NCBI GenBank assembly: GCA_032718475.1
Contig: JAUCBJ010008394.1
Location: 1 to 64,000 of the forward strand
From: Nemertoderma westbladi
Lineage: Eukaryota; Animalia; Xenacoelomorpha
Length of the DNA: 64,000 nucleotides
Direction: 5' to 3'
In this document: positions 1 to 12,000 of the stretch, one piece after another
Position numbering within the stretch: position 1 is the first letter of the stretch
Layout: every line of letters begins with the position of its first letter
Notes under the pieces: generated by a model
Databases searched by the model: none
Told to the model about the DNA's origin: nothing
The model's input: the letters and a program-made list of their open reading frames with translations, nothing else
Made by a program: the position numbers and the translations under genes

Positions 1-356
1 ATCTAGTGTATTAGGTGTAGTAAAAAAACTAAAATAAAAACTAAAATACATTGACCCTATTCACCTTGTGCTTATGATTAGTTGCAATACCAATCACATT
101 TTCGTACTATTGTGTAGGTGCATTAAACGTCCCAATAAATAATCATATAGACTCTATCTATCTGATTTAATATCAATATCATATTTTAATATCATTTTGT
201 AGAGACCAACCAGTGTTGTATGTCACCCGAAATAGCAAATACTTATAACAATTGCGAGGTACAGGGCATTTTTTCGCCTCTGGGGCTATCTTCTATTGGT
301 TCAATATCAATATTAAACCAAAAGATGACATAATAATACACGATTTATATAGAAAC

Positions 357-601
357 GGGAAGGGTAGCTCAATTGGTTGAGCCACAGCCCTGCAATCTAT
401 TGCCTGTAGGTTCGAACCCCGCCATGGTCCACTCAGCCTTTCATCCCCTGGGTTCGATAAAAGGGAACCAACCAGTTGAATTAATTTGGGTAAAACTTGG
501 AATATGATTAGCGTCCACCCTTACCTTTGGTAGCAGCTATAGAAAGAGGACCCTACTGGTCGTCGTTTGGCTGACAGTTTGCTTTGCTTTTTTGCTTTTT
601 T
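357..601 (+). mobile_element. tRNA-derived SINE (tRNA-Cys-like head, conserved core, TTTGC-type tail)
   Basis: Box A TAGCTCAATTGG and box B GGTTCGAACCCC flank CTGCAA (GCA anticodon-like). The core ACTCAGCCTTTCATCCC..GATAAA resembles Sauria/Meta-type SINE cores. The element ends in a (TTTGC)/T-rich tail. Confidence 0.75.
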
Positions 602-1510
602 CAATTGCGTCTGACTATTGATTTTCATTACATCAATGGCACTATAGGATGTTATGTATATCGGGCCCTACTTTTGTAATTATTTAGTTGGTAATAATGC
701 ATCATTTTTCATACTGTAAAAGCTACTGTAAATAATAGCTAATATTATTATTATTGACATTTAATTGTATTAATTCCAACATATGGAGTAAAGATTTAAA
801 ATCAATGAATATATCGTTGCAATAAATTAATAAAATTATTTAATGTTAATCAATTTATTATTATTGTATATATTATTATTGTCTATACATACAGTCGGGG
901 TCTCAAAGTGCATCTGTTCTTTGAGATTTTCTCAAAGTTTTTCTAAAAGTGTCTAAAAGTCATTACATTACTCCCAACGGCCGCTTTGAATTCTTGTAGA
1001 CACTTTTAGTTGGGAATCTCAAAGTGATTTCCTGCTTTTAGGCACTTTGAATTCTTTGAATTCTTTGAGAAATGTCACTTTGAGGTAGTTTGCGGCACTT
1101 TTAATTCTTTGAGAAAATAAACTCCGAGGTATTCCTGATTGACAGCTCGTGGTAAGTTAACTGAGAGGCAGAGGCATTCTCGGGGAACAATATTATGCGG
1201 GCAACAAAGTGATACTTGTGTGTTGGCCAGTTGTTGCATAGAAGCTATATTCCCATTAATTTATCAAATTGAGGTTCCTGAGGTCATTACAGGATGGGTT
1301 TTCGGTCGCAAGTACAAATTGAATTTACGGCACCCTAAAGTCTTTCTAAAAAACATTCATTCAAATAATACATGAAACATAATTTGTGAAACAAGATTAA
1401 TGCTTGACAAGATTGATTATTTTAATAACATAATACAATATCAGATTAACAATTAATATAAGAGAAACTTCTCTGTAGTTTCTCTGTGTATACGCAGTTT
1501 CATTATAATG

Positions 1511-1542
1511 ACCTAAAGAAGCCCTGTTGGGAGAAAGCTTGT
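1511..1542 (+). ncRNA. Degenerate Penelope-type minimal hammerhead ribozyme
   Basis: AC-CTAAAGA-A-GCCC-TGTT-GGGA-GAAA-GC-TT-GT, versus consensus CUGANGA/stem II/GAAA/palindromic stem III. About two substitutions from consensus. Confidence 0.5.
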
Positions 1543-2283
1543 AATAACATTTGTTATTCATTTCATTAGTCACCTCAGGTCAAACCGTACTACCTTTACT
1601 GTTTAATTAATATGATAACTATGTTGACGAGAGCGCGAGAATTCCTTCTTAAAAACTAAGAAAGGCTTTCGACTTTCAAGTACGATAGAACGGCTACAAT
1701 CTTGTGTTGTTTTAGCTTAATAGAGATATTAAAATATCCCCTGCCGCTGGCGTTTATATTTGAGCATATTTTAAATGTTTGCCTCATATTCAATTGATGT
1801 GTACCGCCTTCTGGCAAAGCGGCACCCAGTTTAAACTATCAATCACAGCTAGTGAGTAGCGACCCACGGTCGGCGACCTTCAAACAAACAGGTGCAGAGT
1901 CGGAAAGAACTGTCACATGCTTTGCTTGGCTTGTGGTACCATTTGATTACATAATAGATTTTGGCAGACTGGGCGGTCGCTCTGACCATATGCATTGCGC
2001 ACCAACAATGCCTAAAACATCTATGGGAACAGCCAATTAGTGCGCTTGAATCATTTATCTTTATTCCTGCCTCTATCGTTATTCTTTACTTTGTATAACA
2101 CAATTTACAGTGCGGCAAAGTATGGCTGGTTGACCATTGAAATGCATTGGTAAAGGTATTCGGCGTTCACGTGGGCTAAACAAATTTAAACAGTACAGTT
2201 TTAGCACTATACATTAATATAGATAGGGCAACAGACAAACTGTCTATGACACAAATACCAACACATTCCGATAGCCCGCAATT

Positions 2284-2814
2284 ACGGCGTCTCTAAAGAG
2301 CCCAAATATAAATTAATAAAATCCTCTATGAAACAATAAAAATTCCTACAAAAAATACTGCTGTATTAAATATTAGTTACTGCAGTAACATATAACAATT
2401 ACTGCAGTAACAAATATTTATTACTGCAGTAATAAATATTTATTACTGCAGTAATAAATATTTTTTTATTACTGCAGTAATAAATATTTATTACTGCAGT
2501 AATAAATATTTATTACTGCAGTAACAAATATTTATTACTGCAGTAACAAATATTTATTACTGCAATAATCAATATTAATAAATTAATAAATAATTGAATA
2601 AAAATTAATACTGCAGTAATCAATATTAATAAATAATTGAATAAAAATTTCTACTGCAGTAACAAATTATTTGTTACTGCAGAAAAAGACAATTTTTTAT
2701 TACTGCAGTAAGTTTAATTCTTACTTTCAGTAACAAATATTTATTACTGCAGTATTTTTTGGAGGCATCTTTATTGTTTCATAGAGGTTTTTATTACTTA
2801 TATTTTACCCTTTA
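2284..2814. mobile_element. Foldback MITE filled with a palindromic ~22-bp satellite
   Basis: The left arm GGCGTCTCTAAAG..CCTCTATGAAACAATAAA..AAAAATACTGC is the reverse complement of ~2748-2814. The interior is repeats of TTATTACTGCAGTAATAA. The same terminus recurs near 45180, 59840 and 60140-60218. Confidence 0.75.
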
Positions 2815-4989
2815 GTAGTCAAAGTCAATATACCCCATACCATAGCCAGCTTCAGGCAGGACTGTATGAAATGACTGACAGTACTACTTTGAAATCTTTG
2901 AGGACACTTTGTCATTTTCTTGGACCACTTTTAGAAATTTGAGACACTTTTAGTTCTTTGAGAAAATCTCAAAGAACAGATGCACTTTGAGACCCCGACT
3001 GTATTTATCAGTTTATTCAAGTTTATTGAAAGCATTATATTTTCAAAATTATTCCCAGCATATGGTTGTTCCTGTTCTAGTCCTACCAAAAGCTTCCCAT
3101 ATTGTAACTGCACACTTTGATATCAATCTCATTACTATTTATTAATCTCATTCAATTATGTAAGGTACACCATATTGAAAAAAAAGGTTTTATAAGATGC
3201 TATATGCCTCTGCATTCCTTACATTAATTGATACTTTGTAATATAGGGATTTTTTGTTTTCCTTCTTCCTTCTAAAGTTTTTTCTAGTTTTTGGTGTTGT
3301 TGTAACATTTTCTTCACCAAAAACACGAAAAAGCTTAATGAAACAGCTGACTTTCAGTTGCAGTCCTACTCAACTATTTATCATTTATAAATTATTTGCA
3401 TTAAAAATAGTGTGGCATAGGCGGTTTATAATGTTACAAGTTACCTATTGTTTGAACAAAAAAAAATAGGTTAGTTAGAACAGTAACAGAGAAAAGCTCT
3501 TGTCAACTACTCAACCTCACTGACTCTTGGTAATGCCTGTTCCGCTGACGGGGCTGCCGATCAACGCGACCCTGACACCAATAAAAGGGCCCTCTTTCTT
3601 TTGGGGCATTATTATTGTTGGAACTGATATGCTCCAACTTTACAACTCATCACACCTCCCACTCCCACTATCTGATAAAAGTTAGCAGCAAATCAACACA
3701 CCAAAACCCACATCCAGACAACCAAAAAAAAAGAAAAGAAAAAAATAAATTAACCCTAATAATAGGGTTAATTTAAAATAAAATAATTCCGTTGGAGAAG
3801 AAGACCAATAATTAATAACTTAGTGCTCATAAATCAATTTAATTATATTAGAAGTTACAATTTAAATTATTTATGATCCACTATGTACTTATGAGATGAC
3901 GATCCTCAGTTATTTAATAATAAAAAAAAATAAAAAAAATATTATTCAAGGGAAAATGCTCGTTGTTTTCAACAGCGGGTTGTAAAACCTTCCCTTTGTA
4001 ATAATACAGAACAGAGCCCTTCAAAGTCAGGAGTTTCGGAATTTGTTGAATAGCATATGGTGGTTATGGCTCTTTTTACTACCATTTCCTTCCTATAATG
4101 TAACTACTATAACATAAATTTATTACTTTATTACGTATCCCACATAGAAAGAAAGTACATCCATTATGCAAAAAATACACAATAAATATACCCACATCTT
4201 ATAAATAGACCATAGATTGTTGTTACTCGGTATAAAATTATTTCAATTAGTTTGCATTTTTACGAACATTAATTACTATACATAATATTTTAAGTTAACA
4301 TACAATAAAAAAAAATATAAGTGAATTAAATCAGTTAGGTCTACCTAATGTTAGTAGTTTTTTTACAATATCTAAGTTTAAAAAAAACAAGTGGTGCAAT
4401 TTAAAATGAGTGCTGATCAGAGTTGATTGCCATAGGGTGTTTAAGTAAAGATACGAGGATCAATATACTTTAAAGTAACTTGCAAGAAATATTTATGTAG
4501 TATATTTATTTATTTATGTAGCGGAACTGCTTCTCCTCTAGGCCAGACCAAGTTAGAAGTAGAACCGTCACCAACCCTCAACAAGAAAATATGAATCTGA
4601 CACTTTCCACCACACACCCCCCACTGACACTTAAACGACATGGGTACCTACATTTTCAAATTACATGTAAGCTATCAATCTTGATAAATATTTTTGTTCT
4701 AGAACACATTTTTTTTTGTTCTAGAATACATTTTTTGTACAATGCATAAAATACCATGTTATATAAAATACACAGGTTTAAAAAAATTTTGAAAATGTAG
4801 GTACCCATTTCGTATAAGTGCCTCCCCCCCCCCCCCCACACCATGACGCACACACCATTACCCCACCACCCACGCACATACTAGCTTCCATTCCAATGAA
4901 AACAGTGATTTATGAAAAAAAAATTTTATAGCTTTAGTTTTTGTAAAAACACTACTGAAGCGGTGGAGTATACTAGCTACCATGGAAAT

Positions 4990-5192
4990 CAATTTACTCG
5001 CGAAATTTTTACTCGCAATATTTTTACGCTCGATATTTTTACTTGCAATACTTTTACACTCGATATTTTTACTTGCAATATTTTTATTCGTGATATTTTT
5101 GATATTTTTCATCTTGTTATATTTTTCCCTCTATGTTTTTTACTCGGGATATTTTTTCTTGGGATATTTTTCAAGTCTCGATATTTTTCAAT
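4990..5192 (+). repeat. ~15-bp CTCGATATTTTTA-type minisatellite
   Basis: Tandem ACTCG(C/A)ATATTTTT units. Same family as 34222-35530, with a shared flank (ACATGTAAGCTA.CAATCTTGATAAATATTTTTG at ~4663 and ~34975). Confidence 0.8.
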
Positions 5193-5605
5193 ACCATAAA
5201 TACATGTATTGAAATATCTGGCAACTCAGAAATGGATTCAACATCACTGTAATGAAAGGATGACCAAATATGAACCGAAATCGTCAATGCCTTCCCATAT
5301 TCCAACCAGTCAATTCCTAATATAACTCCAATAGAAAATGTCCCTTAAAACCAGAAACAATGAATTTGATACACTAACAGGAAAAATTAATAGATAACAA
5401 ATAGAAGTAATGATATCATCATTCCACAATACATCGGACATCATTCCACAATACAGAATCTGAAAGGTAAATTCATAGGCGATTTCAAACAGAGAAGAAA
5501 AAGATATTCTCCAATACACTGAGGCAGCTGAAGACCCAACAACTTGAGAATAACTCAAGTTAACGAATGTGGGAGTAATAAGTAGAAAATCACAACAATC
5601 ACCTC

Positions 5606-6830
5606 TGTAAAAGCTTTTGCGGAATTGCCCGGTTATTTTTCCTTATTTTTTCCGTAAAATACTCTGTAGTTGGTTTAGTAGGCGTAAGAGGCCGTATTAT
5701 TGCTGTATCGGTGTTTTTTAGAGGACCTAAGAGCTATTTCCTCCGTATGTGTACTTTGGGGGACATGGTTGGTGATTCTATGGCAATTCTATGACGCAAA
5801 ATAGCTAGATCCTCTTGAAACAGTAGTTACTATGACGACGGTTAACAGCTGAGCTGTATACGTGTCGATTTTCTTTGTTCTACGGTGCCTCTCAGTTCAG
5901 TCAACCAATCAGAGCGTTTTTACTGTTCTTGTACAGAAATTTCCTAGAAATCACGCAATGCTTTATGGGCAGTGTTATCATTCAGTCCTTAGCCAAGAAA
6001 GAACGGCTTTTGGAATATTTGTGCTTTTCTGCTTTTAGCCTAACACTAGTAGGCTTAATTATAAGGACATATATCCGTTATCACACTGGTCACACTGGGT
6101 AACTCAATGGTTAACAACTTACTCAATGCTTGGCTGGTCTTGTCGTGCATACTTTTATAACGTTATACTGCTATTTACTGTCGGTTATTCATTATATGGT
6201 TGATGAAATATTATATCGGAATACTGATCAATAGTCCGACATCCCAATCTTCTTGATATACTAAAGGTTAGAGAGACCGGTTACAGATAAACGATTGTGA
6301 CTTATGTTAAAGTGGTTTGAAGTGAATCTAATGTTATCTGATAGACCCTACATGAGTCGGTCTGTGTTCCTTTTATATGTGACTAAAATCAGTGAAGATC
6401 GGCAGATCAGTGTGCAGTATTGTGCAGCATTGTGTATGAGTGAGACTGATAACGAAGCATTTCCTAAAGAATGCGCCATATATGTGAATTGTAACTAAGC
6501 CATATCGTTGCATGTAGTTTAAGTCATAGCTCTGTTTATATAGATAGAGCGCCACGTCCAAAAGGAACTGTTAATATTCCCCGAAGGTGAATAATATTGT
6601 CAGAGATTATATAATACTGTCAGTCGAATAATACATTAGGCTTACATAGCAATAAGATTAAGCCGTCGAAGTCAATCTCCCGGGTATATCCAGCGGGTGA
6701 ATGATCGCGCACAGATTGGTTTCAACTAGTGTAGTGAATCAAATACTTGTCAGAGGCTAAAAGCGATTTATTATCTAGAAGACATCCTAATTTGGCGGGT
6801 TAAACTGCCAAAGGTCTGAAAGCGCGAACA
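5606..6830 (+). repeat. 5' LTR (1225 bp)
   Basis: TGTAAAAGC...GCGCGAACA, directly repeated at 16740-17965. Confidence 0.95.
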
Positions 6831-6841
6831 ATAACGGATAT
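6831..6841 (+). promoter_or_regulatory. Putative self-priming primer-binding site
   Basis: ATAACGGATAT immediately follows the LTR and lacks the TGG of tRNA-type PBSs. It is the exact reverse complement of LTR 6071-6081 (ATATCCGTTAT). Confidence 0.6.
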
Positions 6842-7176
6842 TGCTTCTGGATTGCGGTGTAAACAATCTAGTAGAAAGTACCGGTCGACCGGTAACCAGT
6901 AGGCCTGACTGCCTGATCATCCGGACCGGTACCTACTTACGGTACAGGTACAGCAGTATTATTCGATTTGATTATTATATGCCGGTAGGTCTTAATAATT
7001 AATCGGGGACGCCTGGTTTTTATTGGGATTTTACTTAGGCCTATTTCTGTCAGTTTTATTTATTTGTAGGCCAGTATTGAGCAGAAGGCGTGTAAGCCCG
7101 CTCAGATTGTACAGATAATTTGTAGGCTTGACTGTTGGCTAACTGTTGATTAGGTCTGAACGGATTGCAGTGCATG

Positions 7177-7690
7177 TAGAGTGTATGTCCGATAAAGAAC
7201 GGTTAGGAAGTAGGGGCAGCCATAGCTGTAAGGTAAACCCCCATCTAAAGAATAAGTCGTACTACTGGGTTAGAACGCATACTACTTAACCATTTCGGAG
7301 TCTGCATGTCCTGTGGTTTATTTAGGCTTGATAGTAGTCTGCCATCGTTTGGTCTGTACTTTGTTTGTGTAGTCTGTGCGGGTAGCGTATAATTTTATTT
7401 AGAAAATTTATAGGCTGGATAGTTGTCTGGCTGTTGTTGGGTTTGAGGAAATTTCGGTGTGTGTAGAGCATCTGTCCGATAAAGAACGGTTAGGAAGTAG
7501 GGGCAGCCATCGCTGTAAGGTAAACCCCCATCTAAAGAATAAGTCGTACTACTGGGTTAGAACGCATACTACTTAATCATTTCAGAGTCTGCATATACCG
7601 TAGTTTGTTTAGGCTTGATAGTAGTCTGTCAGTATTTGGTCTGCATTTTGTTTGAATGGTTTGTACGCGTAGCGTAATATTTATTATTCA
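7177..7690 (+). repeat. ~290-bp-period duplication in the retroelement 5' leader
   Basis: TGTCCGATAAAGAACGGTTAGGAAGTAGGGGCAGCCAT...CTTGATAGTAGTCTG occurs at ~7186 and ~7474. Confidence 0.85.
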
Positions 7691-9014
7691 GAGTTTATGC
7701 GATTATTCGCAACATTCATTCCCCAAGTTTATTCCTACAGTAATTGTGTTTGTTATACATACCGTTATAGTTAAATTAACCCCGGTACTACATCAGGGCT
7801 GCTCGGCGTAGGTAAAGACTGGAGATTTTGTGCTTTGGTCACTCCAGCAGATGCCGTGGTTCTTTTAGCTGTTCAAGTATTTTAACTACTAATTATTTGT
7901 TATACAAGTACTTGTACCTAATTTAGGGTTTAGTGTACAGTGCTTTCCGAAAGCAATTAGTGTGTAGGCAGTGTATTTGTGTTGTAAAGTGGTTAATTGG
8001 CACGTTGGTTCTGGTAGACCGCGGTAATTAACTTCTAGGTAGGGACACTCCGTGATACATAACGTAGTACCTATAGCGATACGGTTATAGGTCGTCAGGC
8101 GGTGGTATTTTCCTATCTGGACAACGCAGTATATTTACTACTACTTATTATTTTCAAATACCGTAGTAACCTGTCCGTTGTAATAACCAGATATTCTAAC
8201 CCTTTGTTAGGCTGGTTAGTAGACTTCTTGTAAAATTACCCTAAAAATTCGTATTTGTGTATTTGTAATTAAATTTTTGTGTTTATTTAGAGATTGTAAT
8301 CTCACCCCGAATTGTACGTAATTTGTAGTATTAAGTAACTTAGGTAAATTAGAATTATTTGTTTTAGTGTCTAACAAGTAGCACTCCACTAAGAGCGCAC
8401 AGCTTATGTGTAGTGACTCTCCCAGAAATAATAACATTTATTTCAACATTGACAAAACCCATTAAACGGGTATATATATATTATAAATCAACTCAAACGA
8501 TTTATAAATAGTAGGCCTACCATATAACAATTAGGTCTCAATATCAGTTGGACTACTGCTCAAATAACTGTAATAAAGTAAGTTAAAGTAACCAAGTAGC
8601 CCTTAAAATTCAGAAATTCAATTATTCTAAAATAATTGATATACCGGTATTTACAATAGGCTTATTCTTTTAATTTATAAATATAGGCTGAAATCATACC
8701 GGTATTCTGTAATTAATTCTAGTTAATAATTATACTTATATATACTATAAGTAGGCTGTATACTGGTATTCACGATAGGCCTATTATATATTTATATATT
8801 TGTACTAAAATTATACCGGTATTCTGTAACAAACCTAGTCTGTAATAATACTTATATATATACTATAAGCATACCGGTATTCTAATATATTATATATATC
8901 ACGCTACACTGAGTAGCAGTATCGGTAATTAATTGTTAGGCTAACAGTGATACTGAATTACTAGACTTGCTTTAACTGTAATATAGCAGTAGGCATTCAA
9001 CTATACAATCAAAC

Positions 9015-12000
9015 ATGGCTGACACAAGGCAAACTCTGTCAGATAGTCTCCTAGAAACAACAGCCTGTTTCTCAGATCAAAGTGTAGAGAATCTCAGACC
9101 AAGGTCTGAAACCCATCATACTGTAAGAAGGGCGAGGTGGTTGTGTCAGTGGTTGTTGGCAGTGGTTGTGTCAGAACCTAGGTTGGTAGAAGCGATTTCG
9201 CAATTTGCGAAGTTAGTGAAGCGCCGTTGGTCTGCCATAGGCACTCGGGCCCAAGTCAAGCGGGATCAAGAAGCAGCTGTCAAACAGCAGCAACATCCTA
9301 GCCAAGAACCTAGTTTTCAGCGGCCCGATAGCTCCAGTAGTTCGGATACTGATGAGAGGACGCCCGAACGCGGAGCAAAGATGGCGGATAAGGTTTATGA
9401 TGAGCGGCCAACCTATGAAGAATCAACCGACGCCATTTTTTCTCAAGAAGAAAGCGAAGTGACAGCAGAGAAACCGCATAAGAGGGATGCTATTGACATC
9501 TATCTGTCAGACTATCAACGCTTTGTAGGAGATGAAGAGTTGAGGAGAAGGTTGGAGGGGCTTAGCCCTAATAGTGAAGGAGCCCAGCGTGTGTTGGATG
9601 CAATCGATGTGGATAGGTTAGCTGCGAACCAAGCTAAATTCAATGAAAGCATCCGCATCGCTAAGGTTCAAGAAGAACAAGTAAGGAAAAAACGTATAGA
9701 AGACAGAAAGATAGCAGCAGTGGCAGAGGCAGAAAGAAAAGCGACCTTGGCAGAAGCAGCGGCAGAGGCAAAAGCGGCAGCAGCAGAAGCAGCGGCAGAG
9801 GCAAAAGCGGCAGCAGCAGAAGCAGCGGCAGAGGCAAAAGCGGCAGCGGCAGAGGCAAAAGCGGCAGCGGTGGCGGAAGCAGAACGGAGAGCGGCTGAAG
9901 AGATCGCCCAACTGGAGTTGGAAAATCTTCAAGAGAAACAAGACAACTTTAATAAACAGTTAACAGCTAGTAATATGCAGATGATGAGTCGATCTACTCC
10001 CAAAAGACAGGGGTATACATCATCTGAGGAAGGCGATACCACCGATACTGAAGGCAAAGGAAATCGATCTCGCCTAAGCAGACGTAAAAGAACATCCCAC
10101 CGTCAAAAATTGCCTGATTTGCCTCCAGCTGTTAGAAGGCAACTAAATAACACCTACTTAGGTAGTACAGAACCCACAGACCAAATAATTACAATAGAGA
10201 GACTCCCTACTATAGTAGATGAGCCCGAAATAGTTAGGTCTGTTCCCGAAGCCACCCTTTCGGTCGTAGAGACACCTGTACTCCCTGAACCTACCTCTCA
10301 ATTCCCTTTGCACAGCACTAAGCTACCTGTGCCCAGCAGAACAGCCCATGAGACAGCTCATGCCCTGGACTCCGAGCGAAATATTCATGATTTGTCGCCC
10401 GTTGTCCCTCGTCCGCCCGCTACAACGTTGGCGAATCCCGCTTCGGCGGTTGAATGGGTGGATGAGAGACGACGGGGGATGGATCTCCTGCTCGGACAGA
10501 TGCAGGAGACCGTTCAGCAATTCAAGGGCACAGTAAGGGAAAGTAGGTTAGAGTTGCAAGAAGTGCAGCAAAGTATCGCGCTAGAATGCGATAAATTAGT
10601 AAATACACAAAGGGGTATACCACCACCCCCTGTAACAATGTGTCAACCTGTTAGGTCTGAAGTATCTCATGCGCAAGGTGTGGAGCCTACACACATCTAT
10701 ACTGCTAGCGAAGTAGAAACTCCTATAGTGAACCCTATTAAGGGTAATTATAGACCTGTTGATAATGATATTCCCTATAGACCGGATCATAATCCGAGAA
10801 ATTTATATACCGATAACTCGATATTAAATAACACAATGGCCCAAGAAAGTTTTACGCGTCAAATGGCTAGAACCGAAGCCCGTCAAGCGGTAAAGGTGGG
10901 AGAGATCGTCAAGTTCAATGGAGATGAGATGAAATGGTTACCTTTTAATGAATATTACAAAGATAACATACAGAACTCTGTACTATCTAATGGAGAGAAA
11001 CTTAGATTCCTCATCGAGTGCTTGGAAGGATCTCCCAAGTTAATGGCGTTAAAGTTTATTGGACATCCAGACGGATTAAGACAAGTTTGGGATACACTAA
11101 ACATCAGGTATGGTAATAGGAATAACATAGCTAGGTATTTGTATGCAAAATTAATGGCGCCCCGAAAGTTTCTTAGCAGCGGGATTATAGAGTTTTCCGA
11201 TGAGATTCAGGAGATCTGTAGACAATTAGATTGGCTAGGTAAGTCTCATGAATACCAGAATTCTATGGTTGTAGGAGCCTTAGCATCTACTTTGCCCAAG
11301 GGTGGAGTAGGTACACGCTGGGACAAGAAAGTGTTATATATGATGGAACAACAACGACGAGACCCTACCATGGCTGATCTCATGTCATTCTTAGATGGAG
11401 AAGTGAAATTACAGCTCCTAAGGCAGTCCAGAGAGAAGACACTGGAAAACAAGGTAAGTGAGAAACCCGTTTCTAGGAGAAGGGTAACACCAGTGTGTTA
11501 TACAGACGACGGCGAAAGCCAGACTTCTCAAGGAGAGGATAGCGGGAAAGACACTGAAAGATCTTATTATGTCAATAAAACGCCTAAAGACCAGGTAAGT
11601 AAATTCAAGTCTCGAACCAATGACAGGAGAGAACAGGTAAGAAAAACTCCTCCTACGTCTCCCAAGAGAATTCAGGTGAGAAAGCCCGAAGAAAGAACGA
11701 ACGTGCACCACACAGCACATGTTAAAGTAAGTAACATCAAGCCCAAATGTGTGCTGTGCGACGGGCCCCACCGTTTAAATGCGTGTGATAAATTCCTGAG
11801 GAAATCTCTAAAGGACAGACGTGAAGTCATGTGGGATAAGCGGTTGTGTTATAATTGCCTCAGACGAGGACACCAACGGCGAACCTGTTACTCCGACGCA
11901 AGGTGTGCAAAGTGCGGTGCGAAACATCATATCTTGTTGCACACTGAATTCGAGCGAAATAGTCCGAGTCAGGTGAGTGATTCCGAACTACATGTCCAAT

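Larger units (their letters stand above)
892..3001. mobile_element. Non-autonomous Tc1/mariner/pogo-type DNA transposon
   Basis: Perfect 46-bp TIR CAGTCGGGGTCTCAAAGTGCATCTGTTCTTTGAGATTTTCTCAAAG at both ends. TA flanks at 890-891 and 3002-3003. No transposase ORF. Confidence 0.9.

Noticed and set aside
357-430. Functional tRNA-Cys gene
   Set aside because: The stems pair poorly and the sequence continues into a SINE core and tail.
5875-6561. Short ORFs within the LTRs, duplicated at 16996-17696
   Set aside because: They are short with no motifs, and one is frameshifted between the LTRs; the duplication simply reflects LTR identity.
9618-9941. Cys-rich and Leu/Pro-rich antisense ORFs
   Set aside because: They are shadows of the Ala-rich Gag repeat.
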